A stretch of 64,000 nucleotides of DNA from Lama guanicoe. Taxonomy: Eukaryota. Each line of letters opens with the position of its first letter. Positions within the stretch are counted from its first letter, which is position 1. A program made the position numbers and the translations under genes. The stretch is from the NCBI GenBank assembly GCA_013239625.1, contig MU054187.1, positions 13,672,974 through 13,736,973 on the forward strand, in the 5' to 3' direction. This document shows positions 52,745 to 64,000 of the stretch, one piece after another. Under the pieces are notes generated by a model. The model was not told the DNA's origin. It did no database searches and worked only from the letters and a program-made list of their open reading frames with translations.

Positions 52745-53860
52745 ATTATTTAACATTTATTAAACCCTCACAATAAATAAGCACTGTGCTCAGGGATAAG
52801 ACTGTAACAGAGAAGATAGTCTTTGTCTTCAGGAACTCCCAGCATCCTTGGGAAAGGTGTTTTTGCAGTGGTCTGTTAAAACAGAGGACACATTCAGGGA
52901 GTTCATGATCCTAGAGGAGGTATATCATGGAGGGCTTTCTGGAGCAGGTGATGTCTGAGTTGAGTCTTAAAGAGCAAGGAGCAAGGAAATGGGAAAGGTG
53001 GAGGCTCCTCCAGGACACAGTGTGAAGAAAGGCCAGGAGCTTGAAACATAAAGATATGTAGAGTCTGGGGTTGCTGGAATAAAGTGATGAGGGAGGGAGG
53101 AGAAGTGAGGATGGAGAGGTAGGCCAGATCTTGACTTCATAGACTTTATACTGCCAGTAACAATGAGCCTTTGTAGGGTTTAAAGCATGATAAGGTCACC
53201 AGAGACCTCTTTCTGAAGCTCTGGACTAAAATATCCATATGCTGATCAATGCTTCCTAGACATCTTGAACTAAACTGGCCGCACTTCCAACCTGCCCCTG
53301 CCCAGCTAGTTCCCAGTTCTTCTCAGGACCCTGAGGACCTTCTCCTGGTCTTCAGATTGAGAAGGACCAGAAACTGTCCTTCTAGTAGCTGTGCAGAGAA
53401 CGGTTTTTATATAGACTAAACCAGAGCTCAGGATCCAGTTTAAGATGTTACTGTAGAAATGTTGCAAGAGATTCTGAGAGTTTGAACCAGTTTCATGGTT
53501 CAGGGTAACAGGGACAGGGTAATGGGGACGGAGGGCTTAAGCAACGTTTAGGAGGTACAGGTGGCTGAGACCTGGTGTTTATTTGGATATGGACAGATGG
53601 ACCAGGATTTCTCAGGGGTTTAGCTTGTGTGGCTCATACTGCGGTTCAGTTTCCGGTCCTTCTCAATCTGAAGACCAGGAGAAGGTCCTCAGGTTCCTGA
53701 AAAGAACTAGGAACTAGCTGGGCAGGTTGGAGGTGCAGCCAGTTTAGTTTAAGATGTCTAGGAAGCATTGATTAGCATATGGATATTTTAGTCCAGAGCT
53801 TCAGAAAGAGGTCTCTGGTGACAAATTGGGGGGCTGTCAACCTATAGGTATATAAAACGC
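52745..53860 (-). mobile_element. LINE-2 remnant hosting the inverted duplication
   Basis: Antisense L2 blocks (AACATTTATTAA, GGAGGGCTTTCTGGAGCAGGTGATGTCTGAGTTGAGTCTTAAAG, AGATGTCTAGGAAGCATTG..AGAGCTTCAGAAAGAGGTCT). Confidence 0.6.
53195..53822. repeat. Long inverted repeat: arms 53195-53376 and 53647-53822, 270-bp spacer
   Basis: Manual alignment of the left arm to the reverse complement of the right arm gives 8 substitutions and one 6-bp indel over 176 aligned bases. Confidence 0.95.
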
Positions 53861-54062
53861 AATACACAGCCTCTTCTGTGTAGTGCGCTGTGTTGTCTTT
53901 TTCTCCTTATATCTTAAAGCAAAGATTGTGTCTCCACAAATACCCAGTAATTAATAGCATACCTCTTGGTTGTGCAGGAACAGCAGTGATCCCACGGAAT
54001 AGGAAATGCTTTATTTAGGAAAAATGCAAGTAACCGAGGGGTGTGTTGTTCCGTTCTTCCAG

Positions 54063-54163
54063 GTGTGTCCGTGGAAATGCCGGCCGCAGGGGAATATTGC
54101 TCGAGTTGACCTGGTGACTCCTTCCTTTGAGGACCCGGGCTCTGTGGCTCTGTTCGGTCCAAA
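54063..54163 (+). other. KCNB2: 5' UTR part of KCNB2 exon 2, after the splice acceptor at 54061-54062
   Basis: Pyrimidine-rich tract GTGTTGTTCCGTTCTTCCAG|G ends at 54062, with a branch-point-like GTAAC about 30 nt upstream. It lies 101 nt before the ATG. Confidence 0.75.
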
Positions 54164-54742
54164 ATGGCTGAGAAGGCCCCCCCTGGCTTAAACAGGAAGA
54201 CTTCAAGGTCGACGCTTTCTCTGCCACCTGAACCCGTGGACATCATTAGGAGCAAAACGTGCTCCCGGAGGGTGAAAATCAACGTGGGGGGCCTCAACCA
54301 CGAGGTCCTGTGGCGAACGTTGGACCGGCTGCCCAGGACCCGCCTGGGGAAGCTCCGGGACTGTAACACGCACGAGAGCCTCCTGGAGGTGTGCGATGAC
54401 TACAATCTGAGCGAGAACGAGTATTTCTTTGATCGCCATCCCGGAGCCTTCACCTCCATTTTAAACTTCTACCGGACAGGGAAGCTCCACATGATGGAAG
54501 AAATGTGCGCTCTGTCTTTCGGCCAAGAGCTTGATTACTGGGGGATTGATGAGATCTACTTAGAGTCCTGCTGCCAAGCCAGGTATCATCAAAAGAAAGA
54601 GCAGATGAACGAAGAGCTGCGGCGCGAGGCAGAGACCATGCGGGAGCGGGAGGGAGAAGAGTTCGATAACACCTGCTGCCCCGAGAAGAGGAAGAAACTC
54701 TGGGACCTGCTGGAGAAACCCAACTCGTCCGTGGCCGCAAAG
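54164..54742 (+). CDS. KCNB2: Potassium voltage-gated channel subfamily B member 2 (Kv2.2), first coding exon: N-terminus plus T1/BTB tetramerisation domain, codons 1-193. The CDS continues beyond the window.
   Basis: Translation [43 protein letters not shown]...[25 protein letters not shown]...[15 protein letters not shown] matches Kv2.2 as I recall it (Kv2.1 starts MPAGMTKH instead). It has the CDD motif and the HX5CX20CC zinc motif of non-Shaker T1 domains. Strong Kozak AAAATGG. Phase-0 donor AAG|GTATGA at 54742/54743. Confidence 0.98.
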
Positions 54743-57700
54743 GTATGAAAAGCAGAGCGTTGCTTTCCCGCGCGTGGTCAGAAAAGGCCATAGGTGTATC
54801 CTAGAGAGTGTGGTGGTCATCACAGAGGGTGTTTTGGTAAGATAGAGCACAGTGCGGTCATGCGATGAGACATCCTTTCCAGGATCGTAGTGAGTCAGAC
54901 TTAGTCTTCCTGTTACAGCCTGCGATGGCATTGCTCTTTCCTAAATGGTATTATTATGTCTGGGCAGCAGCATCAGAGAGTCCTGGCGACCCTGGTGTTG
55001 TATGATGTTGGTGACTTGAAGATTAAGAAGCCAGGACAAGCTCAGGTGCGTCAGGCGTGGAGTCTTGCAGAAAGGCCTGGGCTCCATCCTGCATGAAAAC
55101 ACGGTGTGGTCTTTGAAAGTGGAGGAGGTGCCTCCTGGTTCTCTAGAGGTGCAGGGAGAGATTGGACTGTGGACCCATGTGTCTCAGTGGGCTGGGGGCC
55201 CCACACATGAGGAAGGAGCTGCCTTTTTAAGCAGTGTAAGCAGTGAATCAGTGTCCAGAGTGCGTCCAGTTACCTCCCTTTGGGAGGTCTATTTCTGTCG
55301 GCGTATACTTTTATCCACCATCCAGGTAGTACTGTATCTCAGAGGATATAAAGTGTTGGTGGGAAATGAAGGTTCATTCATATTTTTCCATTGTGCCTGC
55401 ATGTATCTAAATCTCAGAGTAAAATTTTTTGCCACTGATTTCAGTATTTAATTCACCTGGATGATTCTGTTTATCTACTTTTATTTAGAGCTTTGAGGGT
55501 TAGCACAAACTGATTCTCATCTCGTATGTTTGGTTCCTTATTTCAATATGAACTATAAGTAAAAAGCCAAAAGAGTCTGGTTTAGCTACAGAAGCACAGT
55601 GCTGATGTTTCATGCATATTAGATGAAAATGTAACATGGAATAGAGACGAGAAGAGTGTCTTAGCCCATGAATTCTTATGATTATTTACCATTTTTTCAA
55701 TTATCTTCTCTTATAAATAGTAAAGATGACAGAAATATAATTGACTCTATGTTCCTTTTGACTGGAAATTAAAATTCTCCGTGATAGTCTACAACATATA
55801 AATAATGTAAATAACCAGCTGAATGCAGTGATCATAAAACTGCTTCTTGCCCTGATTGATATTTCTAGTTTTGCATCTTTTGACTTCTACAGGCATTTTA
55901 CTTTCCGGCCAGAATGTGGAACTAAATGAAATAAAATGTTACTTCTGCTGTACATAGTGAAATAATGCACATTTTGTGGCAAATGGAAGATTTCAGCCAG
56001 GTCTTTTTGTAGTTATGAGTAATTTGTTTGCTTTTGTTTTATCTGTAAGAAAGAGCTGTGCTACATTTGTGGGTTTTGGTGAGAAAGGTTACTGCTCTTT
56101 CCAAGATCAAGTGTTTAAGTTACACATTCGAGTTACCACTAAAAATATGGAGTGAATTTTGAAGCTGAATAAGATAAACTCTGGATTTAGGGAAGTTTTT
56201 GGGTGTCAGATGAACTCTTTCAAGCTTTTAGGCAATTTAGGAATAAATCGTTGTTTCACCAGGTATTCCTGAGGAAGTTAGCCAAATATGTAAAAATAAG
56301 CAGCTATGTTAAAGAAAATTTGAAAGGTTACTGTGGTTTATTTGCTGATAACGACATTACTAACACACATCTAAAATTAAGTACTGTTATAGAAAAAATT
56401 TTAATATATACCTATTTTTTTTCTGAAGGATTTCTGGTAAGGATGGCATAAGGTCATAAACTCATTTCCCAGATAAGGGAGTTCATTTAATCTTTAAATT
56501 TTAGACATAGTAGCGCTCTCTTGATGTCAAAGGTGATGTTGATAATGGCTTATTATAATATACCATTATATACCCCCATACATCAGACAGATTATTTAAA
56601 CGTGCTTCACATTACGTACGTACAGATATCTACTGACAGACTATACCTGGCAGTGAAGGACATTGGTTTGGAAATTTTTATGTAGTTATAAATAATAAAT
56701 TTGGTTCCAAATTATTAATCAGGATAAGTGAATCCTTGCTACCCTAAGTGGAGTCTCTACTAAATTTTCATAAAGGATTTGTGTTTGTTTGTTTAAATGT
56801 CTGCATTTCCCCTCTCTGAAAGGTGAAATATGATGCAAATTCCTTACATTTGATTATAGGGTAGTTAAGTGAAAGTGTTGTTCATTCGTCTAAGGTTTGG
56901 AGCCTTTTAAAACCAGCTCTGTATGATACTTACATAAACCACCACCTTGCCTGTGCTCTTCTCAAGTCATGTAACTTGTTATTTTTCCAGGATAATTATT
57001 GGTGAGGGGAGTGCTAATGCTATGTGTGTGTGTGTGTGTGAATATGTGTAAATAGTATTTTTACAACTTTCATTTTTTCATTACAAAATGAAGAAATTCA
57101 TTTCATCCAAGCTGCAGTGGGGTGACACTCTGGCCCTCACTGTGCTGTGGGTGTCAGGTCCTGCTTTTCCTGGGAAGCTCCCGTGTAGGGCGGCTTGGAA
57201 TCTATGTGTCCTTTCCTAACTTGCTTTGGAGATAACTTATCTCTGGAGGAGAATGTCTGTTTACCTTGCCTTTTCAGTTAGTGATTATTCAGCAATAATT
57301 GGTAATGAGTCAAATGTATAAAAATTGTTCTCTGTGCACTATGCACATTCGAGTAGACATGTAGAAAGACAATCCTTTCTCTCCAGAAATTAAAAAAAAA
57401 AAAGACTCTTAGCTTAAGCAGGGATTTCATATCCTTGAAAATATTTGTTTTTTCTCTTTTGGTTTTTCTGTGTTTTATAATTTATAATATTTCTTTAATA
57501 AAGTATAAATGTGATGGGATTTCATGACAAATTCCTAGCGTGGCAGGAAAAATTTGATCTTTTCTATCAAATATTCCACGGTGGGTTAAAACATCTATTC
57601 ATTGACATGGAATAAATACTCAATAGTCAGTTAAGGAATAATTGTTCAGCCCATGTGCATCCACTGTAATATGTAAAATTACTGCAAGGCCCACTGATCT

Positions 57701-60700
57701 GTCATCCTATCCTTGGGTGTAACCCTGACACACCCAGTAGCAATTCAGCTCTTGTAGAACATGCTTCTTGGTGTCAGTTCTATTAATTGAACTTTCTAGT
57801 GTATTAGGAACTGAAAAAAATGCCAAATAGAGTTTAAAACTGTGGTGTATTTAAAATGTCTATATTTAACAAATTAACGTTTTTACAATACACAGAATAC
57901 CATGAACTATAATGGTACTTTTCACAAAATACCAAGAGGATTAATAGACATTGGTGGTTTTCTGGGGTGTGGGGTGACCTAGTAATGGGACTTGAGTGTA
58001 TATCTGTATGATAGACTTTGTTTTCTTTCAGTTCCGTCAGTGTATCTGGTGACTGTGTATTTTCCCTCATATAGAGATAATGTACCAAGTTTAAACTGGA
58101 GGCTATTTATGAATGTGGGGCCCGGCCAAATGGGCCCAGGGTAGTGGGGCGTGGCTGGGACTGATCTCCGGGGTTTCCACATCTTAGAATTGCTAGCTCT
58201 GGGACGCCTTTCATAGGAACATGCAAGGGGAGGAGATGCTGCCTCCTGCATCTCCTGGGCAGTGATTTCAAGTTAGACTTGATCCTGTACCTCTTCCAGC
58301 CCAGGGCAATTTAGTCAGCTTCTGGATTGGAAACATTTTTCTCTTTTCTTTGGCCTCTTCCCTAAGGAACTGAAGTGGCTGTTCCCCTTTACACACTGCA
58401 CAGAGACTTGGGTCTCAGAAGTGTTTGAAAGCCTTTAAGGGAAAGGGGTCCTAAGGCATGAGGTCTTAGCAGCCTTGGGGGTGAAGAACCACCAGGAGGG
58501 AGCACAGCCCACCTGCGAGCTGAGTGGGGCTCAGGCCGTACGGCGCCCTCACTCGGATATCTGAAGAAGGTCAAGAGCGAAGGATGTCAGCGGGTCTTCA
58601 GGCAGACCCAGCAGGGAATGGCTGGGCCCTGAGCTGAGCTCAGCCGAGCAGGTGGGTGAATCTGGTGTGCCCAACAGCACCAGCGACTGGCCAATCTCAG
58701 GTGTCAGGTCAGGAACAAGACTGCAAGCAGCCCTCATTTGATAAGGACAATACAAGGCAAGGTCTGCAGAAGGACGTGTCTGTTCATCTGACCCAGTGCA
58801 GAGAGAGCCACCTGTTGGGCGGGGTCCAGGGTCGATGGGCCACTGTTTTATTATCTGCTGCCCTCTCTTCATCTCCCCATTTATCCTCAGCTGTCACTTA
58901 TTTAAGAGGCATATTTTCCCCATTGTCTTCTCCTCCCCCCACCCCCATTTTCTCTGTTTCTCTTTTGTGCCCCAGAAAGGGAGAGGATGATTGACCAGAG
59001 AATCATTAACGTTTTCCATGGCTGACCTCCGAAGGAGAAAAATGAAGCTAAATTTAAATTCTCCCTAAAGAGAAAAACTGCTTACAAAGGAATCAGATTT
59101 TGTCAGGGAGAGTGGAGCTGGAAGGGCCACAAACTATTGTAACATCTGAGATTTTTGTCACCCCTCCCCGTAAGAACCAACGTTCTCCTCTTGGCAATGA
59201 AATGGAACATGTGTAGAAATGGAGGGAAGGGGATGACAGTGTTTCCTGCCTACTCCACCCACTCACATGGCCACCATCGCAGGCAAGACAGGGCACAGCA
59301 CTCGGAGGAAGCCTGGGAAGGGGCAGGAGACCTCAGTCACATCTTCGGATCAAGAGGGAGCTGTGGTGGTCCTGACGTTCACAGTCTGTCCCTGGAGCTC
59401 CAGGGGCAAGGTTAGAGGTTTCCCAGGGGATGGTGCCTGTTTGTTGCCCTTTGACAATAACCTTGAGAACCACACTCGGTCTTGTAACTGAATTGAGTGT
59501 GGGCCTTTCCAGCCACGGAAATAGTAAAAAGAAAATAAATCCAAATAAAACAAAACTCCTGTGTACTCATCAAGGGGAAAAGAATGCTTAACATTCCTAT
59601 TCTATTTATAGTATATGGATCAGTTATTCTCAGGCTTTGAATGAAAAAAAGAAAGGTATGAGAACAGAGCCATAAATGATTTCCTTTTCGTCCAAGAACA
59701 GAACTTTCACATTGTGTGTGTATAAGTGCACCACACATACATAGTGTATATGTGTGCATATAGTCTGTGTATATGTATAGTCAAGTGAACCATTCTGTCC
59801 ATGCAAAACTCTCAGTTTCGCTTTCTGATGCCTCTCATAGTGATTAACATTAACGGTGGCCATTAAGACCCCAAGGAAGCAGATGCAGTGTGAGCACACA
59901 CGGCCGCCTGCCTGCATTGGGGCCCCTCTGTGTGCGGAACTCCCGTTCCTCCCTGGCATCGCGCGTGGCCTAGCGAGCGTGCCAGTCGTGCTGCTTCTGG
60001 GCCGAATGTTTGCTGTTTTCCCTTCTTGGCGCTTTCCTTTCTGCATCCCAGCGGCGCAGAGTGGGTTTTCGTGCTTTTCTGATAGCAGGGCGTGAGGGCT
60101 CAGAAGTGCTCACAGAAGATAGTTTAATAGGACTTGGCCAGTCCATGGAGGGTTGACATAGAGATAGGTTTTCCTTTTTTTATACGTAACCCATGCAGAC
60201 TAACAGGTTGAGAGCCCCAAAGCAATTAGGGATAAGAGAATAAAACAGATAAGATAGAAAACAGCACTGGGTTTTCATTAAAATGCTTCAGATATTCCAT
60301 TGTTTGCTTCCAGTGATCCTATATTTCTAAATCTGTGCTTCTCTGCTTTCCCTGAAAAGCTGCCCTGAAAATGCACCACTCTGCCCTCTTGGCCTCACTT
60401 GATCATAGCGGGAAGGAGGAGAAAGGAGGAGGAAACTGATACAAAGTCCACATCCCAGGTCCTTTTTCCTAGGGTGCCATAAATCTTGATTTTGCTGCAA
60501 ATACCCCCAGTGAATGCCTTTTGTCCTAGTCTAATTATTAATAACATCTCCTTTCACTCTTAAAAAGTGTCCACCTTTGGACAGTAAACTATAGATCACC
60601 TTACATGTGAATATTTTTTTTGAAAGAAATTACTCCAGAATGATGTACTTTTCATTTCCTCTTTGCTTCTTGGTTACATCTGAAGAGGGCCAGTCTTAAT

Positions 60701-63700
60701 TTTCAAGTAATTTTTTTCACCTCTTTTGAAAAATCATTGGTTTCCATTAATATTACTAGATGATGTTCAGATCCCTTTCAAGCTTGATTTTTAAACCTCA
60801 GTAAGTAATTATCATCTTCAAAGTATAAAAAAAGAAAACTAAGGACTTCTTTCCACATCATCTAATGTTATCACAAAACAGAATACATTGACAGTATTTA
60901 AATATTCTGGTTTTGAAAATCCATGCTTTCATTTTTAACAGATTTGTTTTCTTTGTTTCAAGTGAGTGACTTTATAAAGTGACTGATGGACTATTTTAGG
61001 TGAGCATAAGCATTATGAAGGAACGGTCACAATATTGAACACTCTCCAGTTTGGAAGGAGCTAGAAGGGTTTGAATAAATGTTTTAGATTAAGTGTTCTT
61101 ATCTGAGCTTAATTCCCATTTTAAAAAAAGCAGCAGCAAAACAAATACTTTCCAAATGCTAAGAATTTATAAGAAAATTCCCATGTGCATATGCCTTGAC
61201 CTCACATAGCTTGCCCATAGTATTAACTTTTAAGCATGTATGTTGTCTAGTGGAACTTCGCCCTGAAAGTTTTGTCTAATAATTGTGTGAAAGTACAGCC
61301 TTGTAACTGCTTTGATTCCTCAAGGAGATGGTTAGTCATTGCCTCACCCATATTTATTTATATTGTTACTGTGTAACTTTTCCCCAGCATGTTAGAGACT
61401 ATCCAGGTCATCCTGATGACTTTTAATTAGCCCTGTGATGTGGTACAGATACAACTGCCTAGTTGGTTACATTGGAACTGAACATGGGAAGATGCTATTT
61501 TGAATGTCACTGTTCTTTTCCCTTTTATTAGCCGTTATATTTGACAGGAATATTTGTTGTATACAATGAAATGAAATAATCTCTTTCCAAAGAACTTGTT
61601 AAGATAGTTTATTATGGAATGTGAAATTAGCCAATTTTTATTGAATATTAAATATTGCATACAAAATATGAGATATTTATGGAATATTAAACATTGCATA
61701 CATTGAATCATCAGAAATAAAAAGCCTTGAACAGTCCATTTATTTTTAACTCCTCTGCACTTCCACCTTATTCCACAAAAGAGGCAGCTCGCTAGAAATA
61801 TATACACTAAAAGTTCAAATAAAATAACCAAAAAAGAATTAAGAGCAAAGAAAAAGAACTAAGAGAAATAAATTTTAAATTGTCACAGTAATGCTAGGGA
61901 ATGCTTCATTTTCTGCAAAATGTTTTGCATAATTTTAATTTAAAAAATGACAGTCTTGCAGTTTAATAATAGAGTTGACAATTAATAAACAAAATTTGTG
62001 CTCATGATTAGAAAAATGTACCTGTCTATTCTTAGAGGACCTGGTTTACTGACCAGACCAGGGTAAGAGCCATTCTTAACACAAAGACTCTGTCTGTATG
62101 CTCATGTGAATTGACCATTCTGATTAAGAAGAAAAATATTTTCAAAATAATTAACAAAGTTGATTCTAGAAGAATTACTGGAATAAAAATACCCTTTTGA
62201 TCAAAACATGATTACATAGGGAAAAATAAACCCAGCTGCCAATGTACAATCCATGAACTAACCATAGATTACAATAGATGTTTTAATTTTGGCATTGATT
62301 TAGCATTGGTGGTTTTATTCTGTTTCAGAATAATCCCCAGAGTTCCATGACATCCAATAATCTGTAACGTGGGGAGGCATAAATCTGAATTCTGTATAAC
62401 GTAAGGTTGGTCTGTAGTAGCTGGTGACTTTGATAGTGAGCTTAGCTCTTATCACTATCACTGTTGGCCTCACCCAATCTGGTTGTTTTCTCTGATTGTC
62501 ATACACACTAATTCTCATTAATTGTTCCTGTATTTTATAGTGGAGATCATGGTATCAGAGAGATTCACACAGGACACATCCTTTATTTAAAATATCCTAC
62601 TTAGGTATTCCAAGAGTGATAGAAGCTGTTTAAGGCAAAAGTCAACCTGGAAATTATTCTTGCCCACTAATATTCTGGGTGGTTGTTAAAACCCTTCCTA
62701 CCTCAGCAGTGGAGCAGAGAAGGTAAAGAAGTTCCCAGGTCGTGGCAGCCAGCATATTCCACGTAGCATGTGGGCATCTGAGGCAAGCTGCACTTCCTGT
62801 ATCTCCAACGCTGTAGTTGATGATAACTTTATAGTTTACAGTTGGCACTTTGAAGGACTTCAGGAGACCGAGACTTCTCTGCAATTGCTCTGTCAGCCTT
62901 GATACACAGACCTAACCAATCTAGAATAAAGCAGCTAGATGTGGACCAGAAACAAATGGAGAAGTACGGTAACAGGCAGTGGAAAAGTGGGAGAGGACGA
63001 TGTTTGCCCTCATCCCTCTAGAACTTTCCCAGGAGGCACTAAAAGCTAACATCAGAACTCTATGAGACTCTGCACCTATGTATTATTTATTTATGTCTGT
63101 ATACATCTATGTTGAAGTTAATGCCTTAGCTAATGCAGAAAATGAGTGGATTTTTTTTCCCTTTTAAATCATCCCCTTTCATGTCTTCATAAAGCTTTCA
63201 ATGAAAGAACTCTGGATATTACTAAGGACGGGTACCTGAAGTAGATAGATCCATCTGCTGTTTGTGGTCAAGTTTCTGTGTCTAGGGTGGGCAAACCAGG
63301 TAGCAGCAGCCTTCACCAAGTGGCACCTGAATTTAGAGAGAGAGAGAGAAAAATTGCTCATATACACTTCCACTTCTCCATTAGAGCTATTATGTTATAA
63401 AAACCCACCTGCACAAAAAATGCAGTGAACTTCAACCTGTATTTGTTAATTTACAATAGATGCAACTTTGTCATCCAAATAAGACAGCTCATTCAGAATA
63501 TAAAGTTTTATGATAACCTGATCGGGCATGAAGTTCATGAAAAATGTTCTAGTGGTCCAAGAATAGCAAGAAGTGTTTTCATTAGTCTCCAGGATTTTGT
63601 TTTAGGATGGTAGAGGTCATTGCCACCCTGGATTTCACGCTTTTAGTTATGTCTTGTTGAGTCACTCTTGACACAACCACAAGTATCGAATGCTACTTTA

Positions 63701-64000
63701 TATACCTTCTCAAGCCTACGCCACAGCAGTGCCAAGGACGGCCAAGTAATCCCGGTGCAGCTCTGAAGGGAGTTGCCTAATTGGAACATCCTTCACTGCA
63801 GCCAACCTCAGGATATTTGCATATGAATGAAAGAGCTTCCAACCTTCTGATCGTTGTTTTATTTTGAATTGATATAAAACCTAGAGTGCAATTTTTGGAT
63901 ATTGACATGTGGCTGTCTTATCTGGTGTCATCTAAGTGAAACCCACAACCAAATGTGTTTTTCAAATTAGATTTTTTTTTAACATTCATAGTTTAGTTTC
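54743..64000 (+). other. KCNB2: KCNB2 intron 2 (5' part; runs off the window)
   Basis: Starts with the donor GTATGA. The next expected coding sequence (S1 helix, ILAIVS...) does not appear in any ORF in the window. Confidence 0.9.
57023..57040. repeat. (TG)9 microsatellite
   Basis: Read directly. Confidence 0.95.

Larger units (their letters stand above)
28892..54062 (+). other. KCNB2: KCNB2 intron 1 (~25.2 kb)
   Basis: GT...AG boundaries between the island donor and the exon 2 acceptor; repeat-rich with no recognisable coding sequence. Confidence 0.65.

Noticed and set aside
53914..54931. Antisense ORFs overlapping the KCNB2 exon
   Set aside because: Shadow frames of a GC-rich coding exon with no independent support.
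61640..61715. About 40-bp imperfect tandem duplication (GAATATTAAA(T/C)ATTGCATACA)
   Set aside because: Two AT-rich copies only; ordinary slippage, not an array.
1..64000. Prokaryote-type systems (CRISPR array, operon, defence island) or a novel multi-gene system
   Set aside because: The window is repeat-rich mammalian DNA with one coding exon. There is no regular repeat-spacer array and no other credible protein.

Overview
Mammalian genomic DNA, probably from a camelid (inferred from three copies of a short tRNA-derived SINE). The window holds the 5' part of KCNB2 (Kv2.2 voltage-gated K+ channel) on the + strand: a CpG-island promoter and putative non-coding exon 1 (~27.5-28.9 kb, donor TAG|GTAAGT at 28891/28892), a ~25.2-kb intron 1, the first coding exon (54063-54742; ATG 54164, 193 codons covering the N-terminus and T1/BTB domain) and the start of intron 2. 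The rest is intergenic or intronic sequence rich in old repeats (L1, L2, MIR, MaLR/ERVL LTRs, hAT elements) and microsatellites. Repeat family names come from pattern recall and their boundaries are approximate. I see no new gene system. The most unusual features are a young ~180-bp, ~95%-identical inverted duplication 240 bp upstream of the coding exon's splice acceptor, and five upstream ORFs plus complementary GCC/GGC tracts in the predicted 5' leader.
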